The notes below the pieces were generated by a model, which saw only the letters and a program-made list of their open reading frames with translations, did not search any database and was not told the DNA's origin. From an uncultured Actinomycetota bacterium (lineage in GTDB: Bacteria; Actinomycetota; Actinomycetes; Streptosporangiales; Streptosporangiaceae): a stretch of 64,000 nt of DNA. The stretch spans positions 874,206 through 938,205 of the forward strand of contig CAWKKA010000004.1 of the NCBI GenBank assembly GCA_963850105.1, given 5' to 3'. Positions 54,803 through 64,000 of this stretch are shown here, piece by piece (the first letter of the stretch is position 1; the number at the start of each line of letters is the position of its first letter). Made by a program: the position numbers and the translations under genes.

Positions 54803-55231
54803 TCAGGGCAGCTTGACCACGGCGCGCGCGCGGGTTAGCACCTTCGTGTCAACCGACCTTGCCGTGAGCGCAATCGCCACCAGGTTCCCGTCGAGCTTCT
54901 CCTCGACCTGGCCGCTCACCTCGATCGAGGCACCCGCATCGTCGTCGGGAACCACCACCATGGAGGAGAAACGGACGCCGAACTCGGTCACGACGGCCCG
55001 CGGGCCTGCCCAGTCGGTGACGAACCGGCCGGCCTGCGCCATCGTGAACATCCCGTGCGCGATCACGTCGGGCAAGCCGACCAACTTGGCGATCCGCTCG
55101 TTCCAATGGATCACGTTGAAGTCGCCGGAAGCGCCGCAGTACTTGACCAGGCTGAGCCTGGTCACGGGATAACTGACAACCGGGACTTGCGTGCCGGGCT
55201 CCACGCTGTCGTAGGTGACCTGCTCGCTCAC
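54803..55231 (-). CDS. MaoC-like (R)-specific dehydratase, HadB-like
   Basis: LVKYCGASGDFNVIHWNERIAKLVGLPDVIAHGMFTMA (hot-dog hydratase motif). GTG start at 55231. Confidence 0.8.
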   Translation of the reverse strand: MSEQVTYDSVEPGTQVPVVSYPVTRLSLVKYCGASGDFNVIHWNERIAKLVGLPDVIAHGMFTMAQAGRFVTDWAGPRAVVTEFGVRFSSMVVVPDDDAGASIEVSGQVEEKLDGNLVAIALTARSVDTKVLTRARAVVKLP

Positions 55232-55319
55232 GCCGCGAACCCTTTCTGCTGCAGGACGGGCAGCTGCAAGCCGCCTCGGCGGATGCGCAGGACCGCGCAC
55301 GGCCAACGGAGGCGCACGG

Positions 55320-55763
55320 TCAAGCGCCGCGCTCGACGATGGTGGAGAACGCGGTACAGACGAGTTCTCCTGCCAGCGTCATGATGTCTGTGCTCGTCGT
55401 CAGCATGACGTTACGCCCGGCATCCCGGATGTCGGTGAGAGTGACCTGAGCGGTCACGATGTCGCCAGCCGTCAGCGGCCGCACATAAGTGAACCGCTGC
55501 TCGCCATGTACGACCATGGCGTAGTTGAGGCCGAGGCCGGGGTCAGCCAGCGCGGCACCCGACCCGGCCATGCTGATCACGATCGCGAATGTCGGCGGCG
55601 CGATGACGTCGACGTGCCCGGCAGCCTGCGCGGCCTTGCGGTCCCGGTAGACCGGGTTAGGGTCGCCGATGGCCGTCGCGAACTCGGCGATCTTGACCCT
55701 GGACACCTCATAGGGCTCGGACGCCGGGAACACGCGGCCGACATACTCGCGGTTGATGGGCAT
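55320..55763 (-). CDS. MaoC N-terminal-like dehydratase subunit, HadA-like
   Basis: MPINREYVGRVFPASEPYEVSRVKIAEFATAIGDPNPVYRD...APPTFAIV. Confidence 0.8.
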   Translation of the reverse strand: MPINREYVGRVFPASEPYEVSRVKIAEFATAIGDPNPVYRDRKAAQAAGHVDVIAPPTFAIVISMAGSGAALADPGLGLNYAMVVHGEQRFTYVRPLTAGDIVTAQVTLTDIRDAGRNVMLTTSTDIMTLAGELVCTAFSTIVERGA

Positions 55764-55811
55764 GCGACTCCAGCCTGCAGACGAGATCCGGCCGGACTCG
55801 CCGGCAGGCAG

Positions 55812-55976
55812 CTAGCGCGTCTCGCGATGCGGCTGGTGCTTGCGGCAGAACGGGCAGTACTTGCTCAGCTCAAGCCGGTCGGGGTCGTTGCGCCGGTTCT
55901 TACGCGTGATGTAGTTGCGGTGCTTGCACTCCTGGCAGGCCAGGGTGATCTTGGGCCTGACGTCAGTCGCAGCCAC
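55812..55976 (-). CDS. rpmG: 50S ribosomal protein L33 (54 aa; below the ORF-track cutoff)
   Basis: The minus strand reads GTG GCT GCG ACT..., giving [54 protein letters not shown] and a stop. Confidence 0.9.
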   Translation of the reverse strand: MAATDVRPKITLACQECKHRNYITRKNRRNDPDRLELSKYCPFCRKHQPHRETR

Positions 55977-56058
55977 GTGGCGCGCCTTTCTACTCGTCCA
56001 ATCATTGGAAGTCCGCCTGGGCAGGGGTCCGGGAGTCCCGGGTGCCCGCGCGGTTCCG

Positions 56059-56132
56059 TAGCGGAGGCCGGACTTGAACCGGCGACACAGCGATTATGAG
56101 CCGCTTGCTCTGCCTGACTGAGCTACTCCGCC
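56059..56132 (-). tRNA. tRNA-Met (anticodon CAT, elongator-type)
   Basis: The minus strand reads GGCGGAGTAGCTCAGTCAGGCAGAGCAAGCGGCTCATAATCGCTGTGTCGCCGGTTCAAGTCCGGCCTCCGCTA. The acceptor stem has one G:U pair. The T-arm is GCCGG/CCGGC. Confidence 0.85.
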
Positions 56133-56381
56133 GCCCTGCCCGCCAGGCTTAGTCCAGATCCGGCAAAGCAGCCGTCTGGCCCCGCCATAGCCCTGGGGCT
56201 GACCTAGCTTACCGGGAAATTGCCGCGCCTTCGATTTGGGCACCCACTGCCCGCAGCCAGCGCCCTCAGCGGGCGCCGACCTCGGATCTTGCTCCCATTC
56301 TATGTCGCCAGGCAAGGACGGCCGACCCCGACGCCGGGGGCCATGGTGTTACCAATTTGTCACCAAATCCAGCGGGGCGCC

Positions 56382-56405
56382 GTTTCTTTGATCGCTAGCG
56401 GGTAC
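56382..56405 (+). promoter_or_regulatory. SigB/F-type promoter-like motif GTTTCT-N12-GGGTAC
   Basis: gtttct (56382-56387), a 12-nt spacer, gggtac (56400-56405). It lies about 270 nt upstream of the GT2 start at 56674. Confidence 0.3.
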
Positions 56406-56673
56406 ATTCGTCTCCAGTGTCGGCCGCTAAAATCTTGTCCGGCCGGTCAGCCAGGCCGGTCCGTGTGCCGCGCGAGCTGTCCCGCGCGACCGGCCGTGCT
56501 CTATGCGGTTAGGATGCCGCGGCCCCGTCATTGCCGTACTGCGGGCTGTACGGATAGTGACGGGTAGGGCCCGCCGCGAGGGCGGACCTGATTCGTTAAT
56601 GATGTCGGCGAGCCCAAATTCGCGGCTATTGTGAACCGTCATCCGTTCGGCCGGACTGGGAGAGACGACGCAG

Positions 56674-57561
56674 ATGCCGAGGCGAGAACAATCAGCTGAC
56701 GTCACCTATCACGGGTTGCGCGAGGCGCCCGACACGGCAGCTGTCACTACCGCGGCGTCGCAGGCCTTCGCCAGCGCCTACCCGGACCTCAAGCTGCAGC
56801 CACTCGTCGTGGTAATCGCCGCCTACAACGAAGCCGACAATATCGGCGCAGTCCTGGACGAGGTCCCCCAGCAGATCGCTGACGTGCCGGTATCGCTCCT
56901 GGTGATTGACGACGGCAGTACGGACGCCACCACCAAGGTTGCCGAGCGGCATGGTGCGCTGGTCTGCACCCTGGCGGCTAACCGCGGCCACGGCGTCGCA
57001 CTGCGGCTCGGCTATCGAATCGCTCGGGAGGGCGGCGCACAGTACATCGCCACCCTGGACGGCGACGGCCAGTGGGACCCGGCCGACCTGCCCGCGATGG
57101 TCAGCCTCATGCAGGGCGGCGAGGCGGACTTCGTCCTCGGCTCCCGCCAACTCGGCCAGACCGAGAGCACCGACGCGTTCCGCAACCTAGGCGTTAAGTT
57201 CTTCGCGACGATCATCAGCGCCCTGACGCGCACGCATATCACGGACACCTCCAGCGGCCTGCGGCTGATGCGGGCCGACCTAACCGGCACGGTGACCCAG
57301 ACCCAGCCCCAGTACCAGACCTCGGAACTGCTGATCGGCGCCCTGCTTCAGGGCTACCGCGTCGCCGAGGTGCCGACCGTCATGCGGCAGCGGATGTCCG
57401 GCGAGAGCAAGAAGGGCCGTAACCTCGCCTACGGCCTGCGCTACGCCCGCGTGATCACGCAAACCTACCTCCGCGAACGCCGCACCGCCGGCCAGATCTC
57501 GGCGCCGCCGGAGGCGGCTGCGGACCAGGCCGCCTCGGTTTCCCAGACACGCTCGAACTAG
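56674..57561 (+). CDS. Family-2 glycosyltransferase (polyprenol-phosphate sugar transferase-like)
   Basis: VVVIAAYNEADNIGAVLDEV...LLVIDDGSTDAT...ATLDGDGQWDP... Confidence 0.8.
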   Translation: MPRREQSADVTYHGLREAPDTAAVTTAASQAFASAYPDLKLQPLVVVIAAYNEADNIGAVLDEVPQQIADVPVSLLVIDDGSTDATTKVAERHGALVCTLAANRGHGVALRLGYRIAREGGAQYIATLDGDGQWDPADLPAMVSLMQGGEADFVLGSRQLGQTESTDAFRNLGVKFFATIISALTRTHITDTSSGLRLMRADLTGTVTQTQPQYQTSELLIGALLQGYRVAEVPTVMRQRMSGESKKGRNLAYGLRYARVITQTYLRERRTAGQISAPPEAAADQAASVSQTRSN

Positions 57562-57736
57562 CTGATCTTGCACGCGGTCGCATGCCCGGGAAGCGCCGGC
57601 GTCCGTCGGCTGCGGCAGCGGGCGTAGCGTGGCCAGCGCCAGCGAGCCGCCCTGCCCGCATCGGGCATGACAAGGGAGCCGGCAGCGAAGCTGTGCCAGC
57701 CCGCAGAGCAGTTGGCGGACGCCGCAGCGCCGCTCC

Positions 57737-59110
<1,374 letters not shown>

Positions 59111-59131
59111 GGCTTACTCCCTGTGGTAGGA

Positions 59132-61639
59132 CTACGTCGTCCTTGTGGACGAGGACGCAGCGGGAACGAGCCCGTTCCCTTCCTCGTCTTTGATCTTCGT
59201 GCCCGCCGGGTCGTACAGCGGCCGGAGCCCGACCGTGGCACTTACCAGTTGCCCGCCTACGTTGACCGCATACGTCCCGGATCGGGCAAACTCCGCCGTC
59301 ACTGGGTCGCCGGCGGGATCGCGCAGATACGCCAGGCCCACCGCGCCTTCCAGCGTCTCGCCCCAGGCCGCCGATGTGACCTGTCCTGCTGGCTCGCCAT
59401 CGCGCAGCAGCAGTTCGCTGCCCCACATCATGACGTCAGGGTCGTCGAGCACGACCGACACCAGGCGCCGCCGCGGGCCGTCCGCCTTGGCCTTCTCCAC
59501 TGCCTCGCGGCCGAGGAAGGCGGTGCCGCCGGCCAGCTTGCATGCGAAGGTCAGGCCGGCCTCGACCGGGTTGTAGTCGGGCGTGAGCTCGCGGCCGAAC
59601 GCACGGTAGGCCTTCTCCAGGCGGAGCGACTCGATCGCGTAGTACCCCGCATTGGCCACGCCCAGGTCGGCCCCGGCCGCCATCAGGTCCTGGTAGACGC
59701 CGACGGCGAAGTCGACCGGGACGTATAGCTCCCAGCCCAGCTCGCCGACGTACGTGATCCTCGTGGCGCGAACCGTCGAGTAGCCGAGATCGATCAGCCG
59801 GCTCGTTCCGAACGGGAAGCCAGTCTCGCTCAGGTCGGCCGTGCTGAGCCGGGATAGCAGCTGCCGGGACGCCGGACCCATGACGCCGTACACCGCGTAT
59901 CCAGAGGTCATGTCGACGAGGCTGGCCCGAGAGCCGGCGGGCATGTGCCGCCGGACGTGATCGGCGTCGCGCTCGGTAGTCGCGGCGCTGGCCACCAGCA
60001 GGAACTCGGTCGCCGACAGCCTAGTCACTGTGATATCCGACTCGTACGTGCCGTGCTCGTTCAGCATGCCGGTGTAGACAGTCCGGCCGGGCGGCACGGC
60101 TACGTCGTTGGTGCACAGCCACTGCAGCGCAGCCTCGGCGTCCGGGCCGGTCACGAGGTACTTGGAAAACGACGTCTGGTCGAACACCGCGACCCGCTGC
60201 CGCGTCGCCACCTGCTCGGCTGATGACCAGGGCTGCCAGTTCTGCTTGTCCCAGGAGTACTCGATCACCGGGCGGTGGCCGGCGGGGGCGAAGAAGTTGG
60301 GCCGTTCCCAGCCCATCTTCGAGCCAAAGGAGGCGTTCGCGTCCTGAAGCAACTGGTAGACGGGCGACCGGCGGAACGGGCGGGCCGTCTCCAGCTCGCG
60401 GTTCGGCCAGCCGATCGCGTAGTGCAGGCCGAGCACTTCGCCCACGCGGTCCCGCAGCCACCGGGAGTTGCCGTTGAACGGCGCGAACCTGCGGATGTCA
60501 ACCGCGGTCAGGTCAGTGTCCGGGTCGCCGTCGACGATCCACTGCGCCAGTGCGAGCCCGGCCCCGCCCGCCGAGGCGATGCCGACCGAGTTGAACCCGG
60601 CGCCGACATAAAAGCCCGCAAGCTCCGGTGCCTGGCCCAAGATGAACTGGTTGTCGGGCGTGAAGCTCTCAGGGCCGTTGTAGAACTTGCGGATCCCGGT
60701 CTCCGCCAGCACCGGGAGGCGATGCAGTGCGCTGTCCATCAGCACCGAGAAGTGGTCCCAGTCTTCATCGAGCAACTGGAACTCGAAGGGGTAGGGAAGC
60801 TCGTCGGGCGACACCCAGGGCTTTGCCGTCGGCTCGAAGCCGCCGACTACCAGGCCGCCGACCTCCTCCTTGAAGTAGGTGTAGCCGTCCGGGTCGCGGA
60901 GCACGGGCAGGTCCGGGTGCACGCCGTCGATCTGCTCGGTTACGACGTAGAAGTGCTCGGCCGAATGCAGCGGCACGGTGACGCCCGCGAGCGCGCCTAC
61001 TTGCTTGGCCCATTGGCCGGCGCAGTTCACGACGATCTCGGCCTCGATATCGCCGTGGTCGGTTCGGACGCCCCGCACCCGCCCATCGCTGCTGAGGACG
61101 CCGGTGACCCGGACCCGTTCGCGGATGGTGGCGCCGCGCAGTCGGGCGCCGCGTGCCAGCGCAGCCGTCAGGTCGACCGGGTTAGCCCGGCCGTCGCCGG
61201 GCAGCCAGATCGCCCCCTGCAAATCGGCGGCGTTGAGCAGCGGGTAGCGCTGGGCAGCGTCGGCCGGGGAGAGCAGCTCGCACTCGATGTCATAGGCCTG
61301 TGCGGTCGCCGCCGTGCGGCGCAGCGTAGTCATCCGCGCTGGCGTGCGCGCCACGGTCAGCCCGCCGCAGCGCCGGAACCCGGTGGCCTGTCCGGTCTCG
61401 GCTTCCAGCCGCTCGTAGAGCGCGGCGGAGTACTGCACCAGCCTGGTTCCCGCCTCGGAGGCGCGCAGCTGGCCCACCAGCCCGGCTGCGTGCCACGTAG
61501 TCCCGCAAGACAACTGACCCTGCTCGAGCAGCAGCACGTCGGTCCAGCCGAGCGCGGTCAGGTGATAGGCCACGCTGGTGCCGATCACGCCGCCACCGAT
61601 GACCACGACCTGCGCGCGCCCCGGCAGTGCCTGTGCCAT
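59132..61639 (-). CDS. FAD-dependent oxidoreductase fused to a GcvT-type folate-binding domain (dimethylglycine/sarcosine dehydrogenase family)
   Basis: VVVIGGGVIGTSVAYHL (GxGxxG)...SCGTTWHAAGLVGQLR...; C-terminal aminomethyltransferase-like domain ...GWELYVP... Confidence 0.85.
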   Translation of the reverse strand: MAQALPGRAQVVVIGGGVIGTSVAYHLTALGWTDVLLLEQGQLSCGTTWHAAGLVGQLRASEAGTRLVQYSAALYERLEAETGQATGFRRCGGLTVARTPARMTTLRRTAATAQAYDIECELLSPADAAQRYPLLNAADLQGAIWLPGDGRANPVDLTAALARGARLRGATIRERVRVTGVLSSDGRVRGVRTDHGDIEAEIVVNCAGQWAKQVGALAGVTVPLHSAEHFYVVTEQIDGVHPDLPVLRDPDGYTYFKEEVGGLVVGGFEPTAKPWVSPDELPYPFEFQLLDEDWDHFSVLMDSALHRLPVLAETGIRKFYNGPESFTPDNQFILGQAPELAGFYVGAGFNSVGIASAGGAGLALAQWIVDGDPDTDLTAVDIRRFAPFNGNSRWLRDRVGEVLGLHYAIGWPNRELETARPFRRSPVYQLLQDANASFGSKMGWERPNFFAPAGHRPVIEYSWDKQNWQPWSSAEQVATRQRVAVFDQTSFSKYLVTGPDAEAALQWLCTNDVAVPPGRTVYTGMLNEHGTYESDITVTRLSATEFLLVASAATTERDADHVRRHMPAGSRASLVDMTSGYAVYGVMGPASRQLLSRLSTADLSETGFPFGTSRLIDLGYSTVRATRITYVGELGWELYVPVDFAVGVYQDLMAAGADLGVANAGYYAIESLRLEKAYRAFGRELTPDYNPVEAGLTFACKLAGGTAFLGREAVEKAKADGPRRRLVSVVLDDPDVMMWGSELLLRDGEPAGQVTSAAWGETLEGAVGLAYLRDPAGDPVTAEFARSGTYAVNVGGQLVSATVGLRPLYDPAGTKIKDEEGNGLVPAASSSTRTT

Positions 61640-61652
61640 CTCTGTGCGTCCC

Positions 61653-61720
61653 CTTGCCTGTCAGTCCTGCTTGCCTGTCAGTCCTGCTCGCCTGTCAGCG
61701 CCGCTCGTCGTCAGTCCTGC
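61653..61720. repeat. 17-bp tandem repeat x4 filling the intergenic gap and straddling the stop codon of the kinase-like gene
   Basis: cttgcctgtcagtcctg x2 (61653, 61670), ctcgcctgtcagcgccg (61687), ctcgtcgtcagtcctgc (61704). The last unit contains the stop at 61711-61713 and the final codons ...QAQD. Confidence 0.85.
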
Positions 61721-62631
61721 GCCTGCACGTCGGTGAGAAGGCGGTCGAAGTCGCGGCTTGTGAAGCCGGAAGCCGCAGCCTCGTAGCGCTCCATCGCCCA
61801 CGACCAGAAGTCGAAATCGAGCTCGCTAGCGGAGTGCTGGATCGTGCCCCACAGGGTCCAGCCGTACCTGGCCACCAGGCTGTAGAGCTTGGCTCGCGCG
61901 ATTCGGCTGCGCCGCGGCTTGCCGTAGTAGGCGTTAACGAGGTCGCCGAGCGCGTCATCGTCCAGGCCGCACTCACCGGCGACGTTCCCGAGCTCGAAGC
62001 AGGCGTCGTTGTTGCCCGAGTACTCGTAGTCGATAAGCCAGATGCGGTCGCCGTCGTCGATGAAGTTTGCCGCCAGCAGGTCGTTGTTGCACGGCACGGT
62101 GCCCTCATCCCGGACGGCCAGGGCGCGGCGCGCGGCGGCAAATGCGGGCATCAGGTCCGCGTAACCGACCGGGATGCGCATGCCGGCGGCGGTTGCTGTC
62201 GCGTAGTAGCGGCCCTGGATCTCGAACATGTCGAAGTCGGCGGCGAACCGCGCGGCCGCATGCAGCGTGCGGCAGGCCGCGGCGATCCTGACCAGCGTGC
62301 CGGGCTCGGCGACGTCGGCGTTGGTTAGCGTCCTGCCCTCGACGAAACCCAGGACCAGCACCCGGTCGGCCGGGCTGTACTCGATGACCGGCGCGCCGAC
62401 ACCGGCAGCGGCCGCGATCAGCGAGTTCTGGTACTCGTGGTCGCGGTCGATGGCCAGCAGCTCACCTCCATCGGAGAAGATCCGCGCCACGAACACGCCA
62501 TCCGGCGTGGTCACCTTGAAGTTCTTGTTGGTCAGTCCGCCGGGCAGCGCGCTGATCTGCCGGGGCGTGCCGGCCAGGCTCGGCACCCTGGCCAGAGCAG
62601 CGAGTGGGCCGGCCTCGCGCAGATCAGTCAC
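61711..62631 (-). CDS. Choline/ethanolamine-kinase-like phosphotransferase (APH fold)
   Basis: LPGGLTNKNFKV..., the Brenner-like motif PCNNDLLAANFI, and IWLIDYEYSGNND. Confidence 0.8.
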   Translation of the reverse strand: MTDLREAGPLAALARVPSLAGTPRQISALPGGLTNKNFKVTTPDGVFVARIFSDGGELLAIDRDHEYQNSLIAAAAGVGAPVIEYSPADRVLVLGFVEGRTLTNADVAEPGTLVRIAAACRTLHAAARFAADFDMFEIQGRYYATATAAGMRIPVGYADLMPAFAAARRALAVRDEGTVPCNNDLLAANFIDDGDRIWLIDYEYSGNNDACFELGNVAGECGLDDDALGDLVNAYYGKPRRSRIARAKLYSLVARYGWTLWGTIQHSASELDFDFWSWAMERYEAAASGFTSRDFDRLLTDVQAQD

Positions 62632-62826
62632 GATCGCAGGCTACGAGCCAGTTGCCAAAAGGTCTAGACGGAACTGACCGTTTCGGCTGGTTGCGTTGAG
62701 AAGGAACGGGGTCCGCTGTCGCGAATGTCGGCTCTTAGGGTCTGGACAGTTAACTTGATCACGCCCTACGCTCCTTGCCAACTGAGGTCACTCAGGTCAC
62801 CCGCCGCCTGGCGAGGAGGAGTTGCC

Positions 62827-64000
62827 GTGAGCGCAAGCTCAGATGTCAGCAGCCAAGAGCGTGATTCTGCCGACCTAGCCAGGTTCGGTTATAAGCAGGA
62901 GCTCAAGCGATCGCTCGGCACGTTCAGCTCGTTCGCGGTCGCCTTCAGCTACATATCGCCGTCGACCGGCATCTTCACCCTGTTCTACCTTGGCCTGACT
63001 ACCCTCGGCGGCGTCTTTATCTGGACCTGGCCCGTAGTCGCGGCCGGCCAGTTCATAGTTGCACTCAACTTCGCCGAGGTGACAAGCCACTTCCCGCTGG
63101 CGGGCTCAGTCTTCCAGTGGTCCAAGTACATGGCCAACCGCACCTATTCGTGGTTCACCGGCTGGATTTATCTGTTCGCCGGCATCCTGACTGTGACGGC
63201 CGTCGTGGCCACCTTGCCGCTAGCGCTGATACCGGCGCTGAACGGCCTGGGCTGGAAGGGCCTGGGCGTAGGCAGCAGTTCGACCGTGTTGCACACCCAG
63301 CTACTCGTGGCCGCGATCACTCTCGTGGTGATCACGGTGCTCAACATTTATGGCGTCCGGCTGGTCGCGATCATCAACAACACAGGCGTGCTGTTCGAGA
63401 TCCTCGGCATGTTCGTTTTCGCGATCGTGCTGATGGCGTTCCACAATCACCAGGGCTTCCACGTTGTGACCAACAGCTCTGGAATTCACGTCGGAGCGAA
63501 TACGTTCCTGGCGGCAATGTTCATGAGCCTGTTCGTCATCTACGGGTTCGACACTGCTGCGACACTGGCCGAAGAGACAAGAGATCCGCGCCGGTCCGCG
63601 CCCAAGGCGGTGCTGTTCTCGGTCATCGGAGCCTTCATCATCGGCGGGGTCTTCCTGCTCGCCACACTCATGGCGATCCCTAACCTCAGCACCGCGGTCA
63701 AGGGAGCATGGGGGCCGGTGAACATTATCGAGGCCAACTTCTCGCATCCATTCGCGACGATCTACCTGCTCGTCGTGTCCGCCGCGATCTTTGTCTGCTG
63801 TCTGTCCATACTGGCCGCAACGATCAGGCTGGCTTTCGGCATGGCCCGCGACAATAATCTGCCGTTCTCGCGTCCGCTGGCCAGAGTCTCGCCAAGGCTG
63901 CACACTCCGGTCTGGACATGCGTCGTGGTGGGACTGATCGCGGCGATCCCATTCATACAGTTCGCTGGGGCCACCACAATCGCCATTGCAGCCACGGCAA
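62827..64000 (+). CDS. APC-superfamily amino acid/amine permease, 3' end beyond the window
   Basis: The GTG at 62827 follows AGGAGG. VSASSDVSSQERDSADLARFGYKQELKRSLGTFSSFAVAFSYISPSTGIF...FPLAGSVFQWSKY... continues with no stop to 64000. It is not in the ORF track because it is open-ended. Confidence 0.85.
   Translation, partial: MSASSDVSSQERDSADLARFGYKQELKRSLGTFSSFAVAFSYISPSTGIFTLFYLGLTTLGGVFIWTWPVVAAGQFIVALNFAEVTSHFPLAGSVFQWSKYMANRTYSWFTGWIYLFAGILTVTAVVATLPLALIPALNGLGWKGLGVGSSSTVLHTQLLVAAITLVVITVLNIYGVRLVAIINNTGVLFEILGMFVFAIVLMAFHNHQGFHVVTNSSGIHVGANTFLAAMFMSLFVIYGFDTAATLAEETRDPRRSAPKAVLFSVIGAFIIGGVFLLATLMAIPNLSTAVKGAWGPVNIIEANFSHPFATIYLLVVSAAIFVCCLSILAATIRLAFGMARDNNLPFSRPLARVSPRLHTPVWTCVVVGLIAAIPFIQFAGATTIAIAATA

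Noticed and set aside
8427-56058. Whole interval as a tRNA-targeted integrative element
   Set aside because: There is no integrase or excisionase and no direct repeat of a tRNA 3' end that I could see. The interval also contains core genes (murB, aminotransferase, treYZ).
56133-56340. A second tRNA (for example tRNA-Thr) upstream of tRNA-Met, as in mycobacteria
   Set aside because: I could find no T-loop (GGTTCGAATCC-like) or cloverleaf-compatible sequence in this stretch.
56220-56705. ORFs 56220..56567(+) and 56427..56705(-) in the gap after tRNA-Met
   Set aside because: They overlap each other, have no RBS, and have a shadow-like composition with no motifs.
60275-61786. 503-aa plus-strand ORF
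   Set aside because: It is fully antisense to the DAO-GcvT dehydrogenase, which has clear FAD and GcvT motifs. The ORF has no recognisable motifs and a shadow-ORF composition. The same reasoning applies to 20291..21055, 21741..22451, 23297..24121, 39843..40868, 43972..44889, 46956..48029, 51237..52226 and 55215..56099.

Overview
High-GC actinobacterial chromosome. I could not assign a genus from sequence alone. The left edge is the conserved minus-strand block rpoB (3' end off-window), rplL, rplJ, rplA, rplK, nusG, secE and tRNA-Trp. The right part holds the other half of that block: two MaoC/Had-like dehydratases, rpmG (54 aa, below the ORF-track cutoff) and tRNA-Met. It is followed by a GT2 gene and an amine/serine catabolic cluster (sdaA, DAO-GcvT dehydrogenase, choline/ethanolamine-kinase-like gene, APC permease running off the window). 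In M. tuberculosis these two halves are adjacent; here about 46 kb lies between them. That interval carries housekeeping genes (DmpA-type peptidase, aminotransferase, adenosine deaminase family, murB) and a SigB/F-group sigma factor. It also has an intact IS1380-family element with a CTAG target duplication, a diverged IS1380 relic, and an SDR / frameshifted SDR / TetR cassette. The glgX-treY-treZ trehalose operon is present, with treZ split by a 1-nt frameshift. Two signalling cassettes each combine STAS, PP2C and GAF-ANTAR proteins (plus MEDS-HATPase, CHASE3 histidine kinase and REC). Further genes are WhiB, a patatin/acyltransferase pair, a processive GT2 synthase and many small DUF-type membrane proteins. 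Two observations stand out. (1) A GTT(T/A)NN-N12-14-GGGTA(G/C) SigB/SigF-type promoter-like motif appears only in intergenic DNA, upstream of several units. (2) Short tandem repeats are very frequent: 15 or 21 bp inside genes, and mostly 14-23 bp (one 9-bp array) between genes. Two arrays straddle stop codons and two carry -35-like hexamers. Most long ORFs in the track that lie antisense to these genes are high-GC artefacts. All calls rest on reading the sequence and recalled family knowledge; no searches were run.
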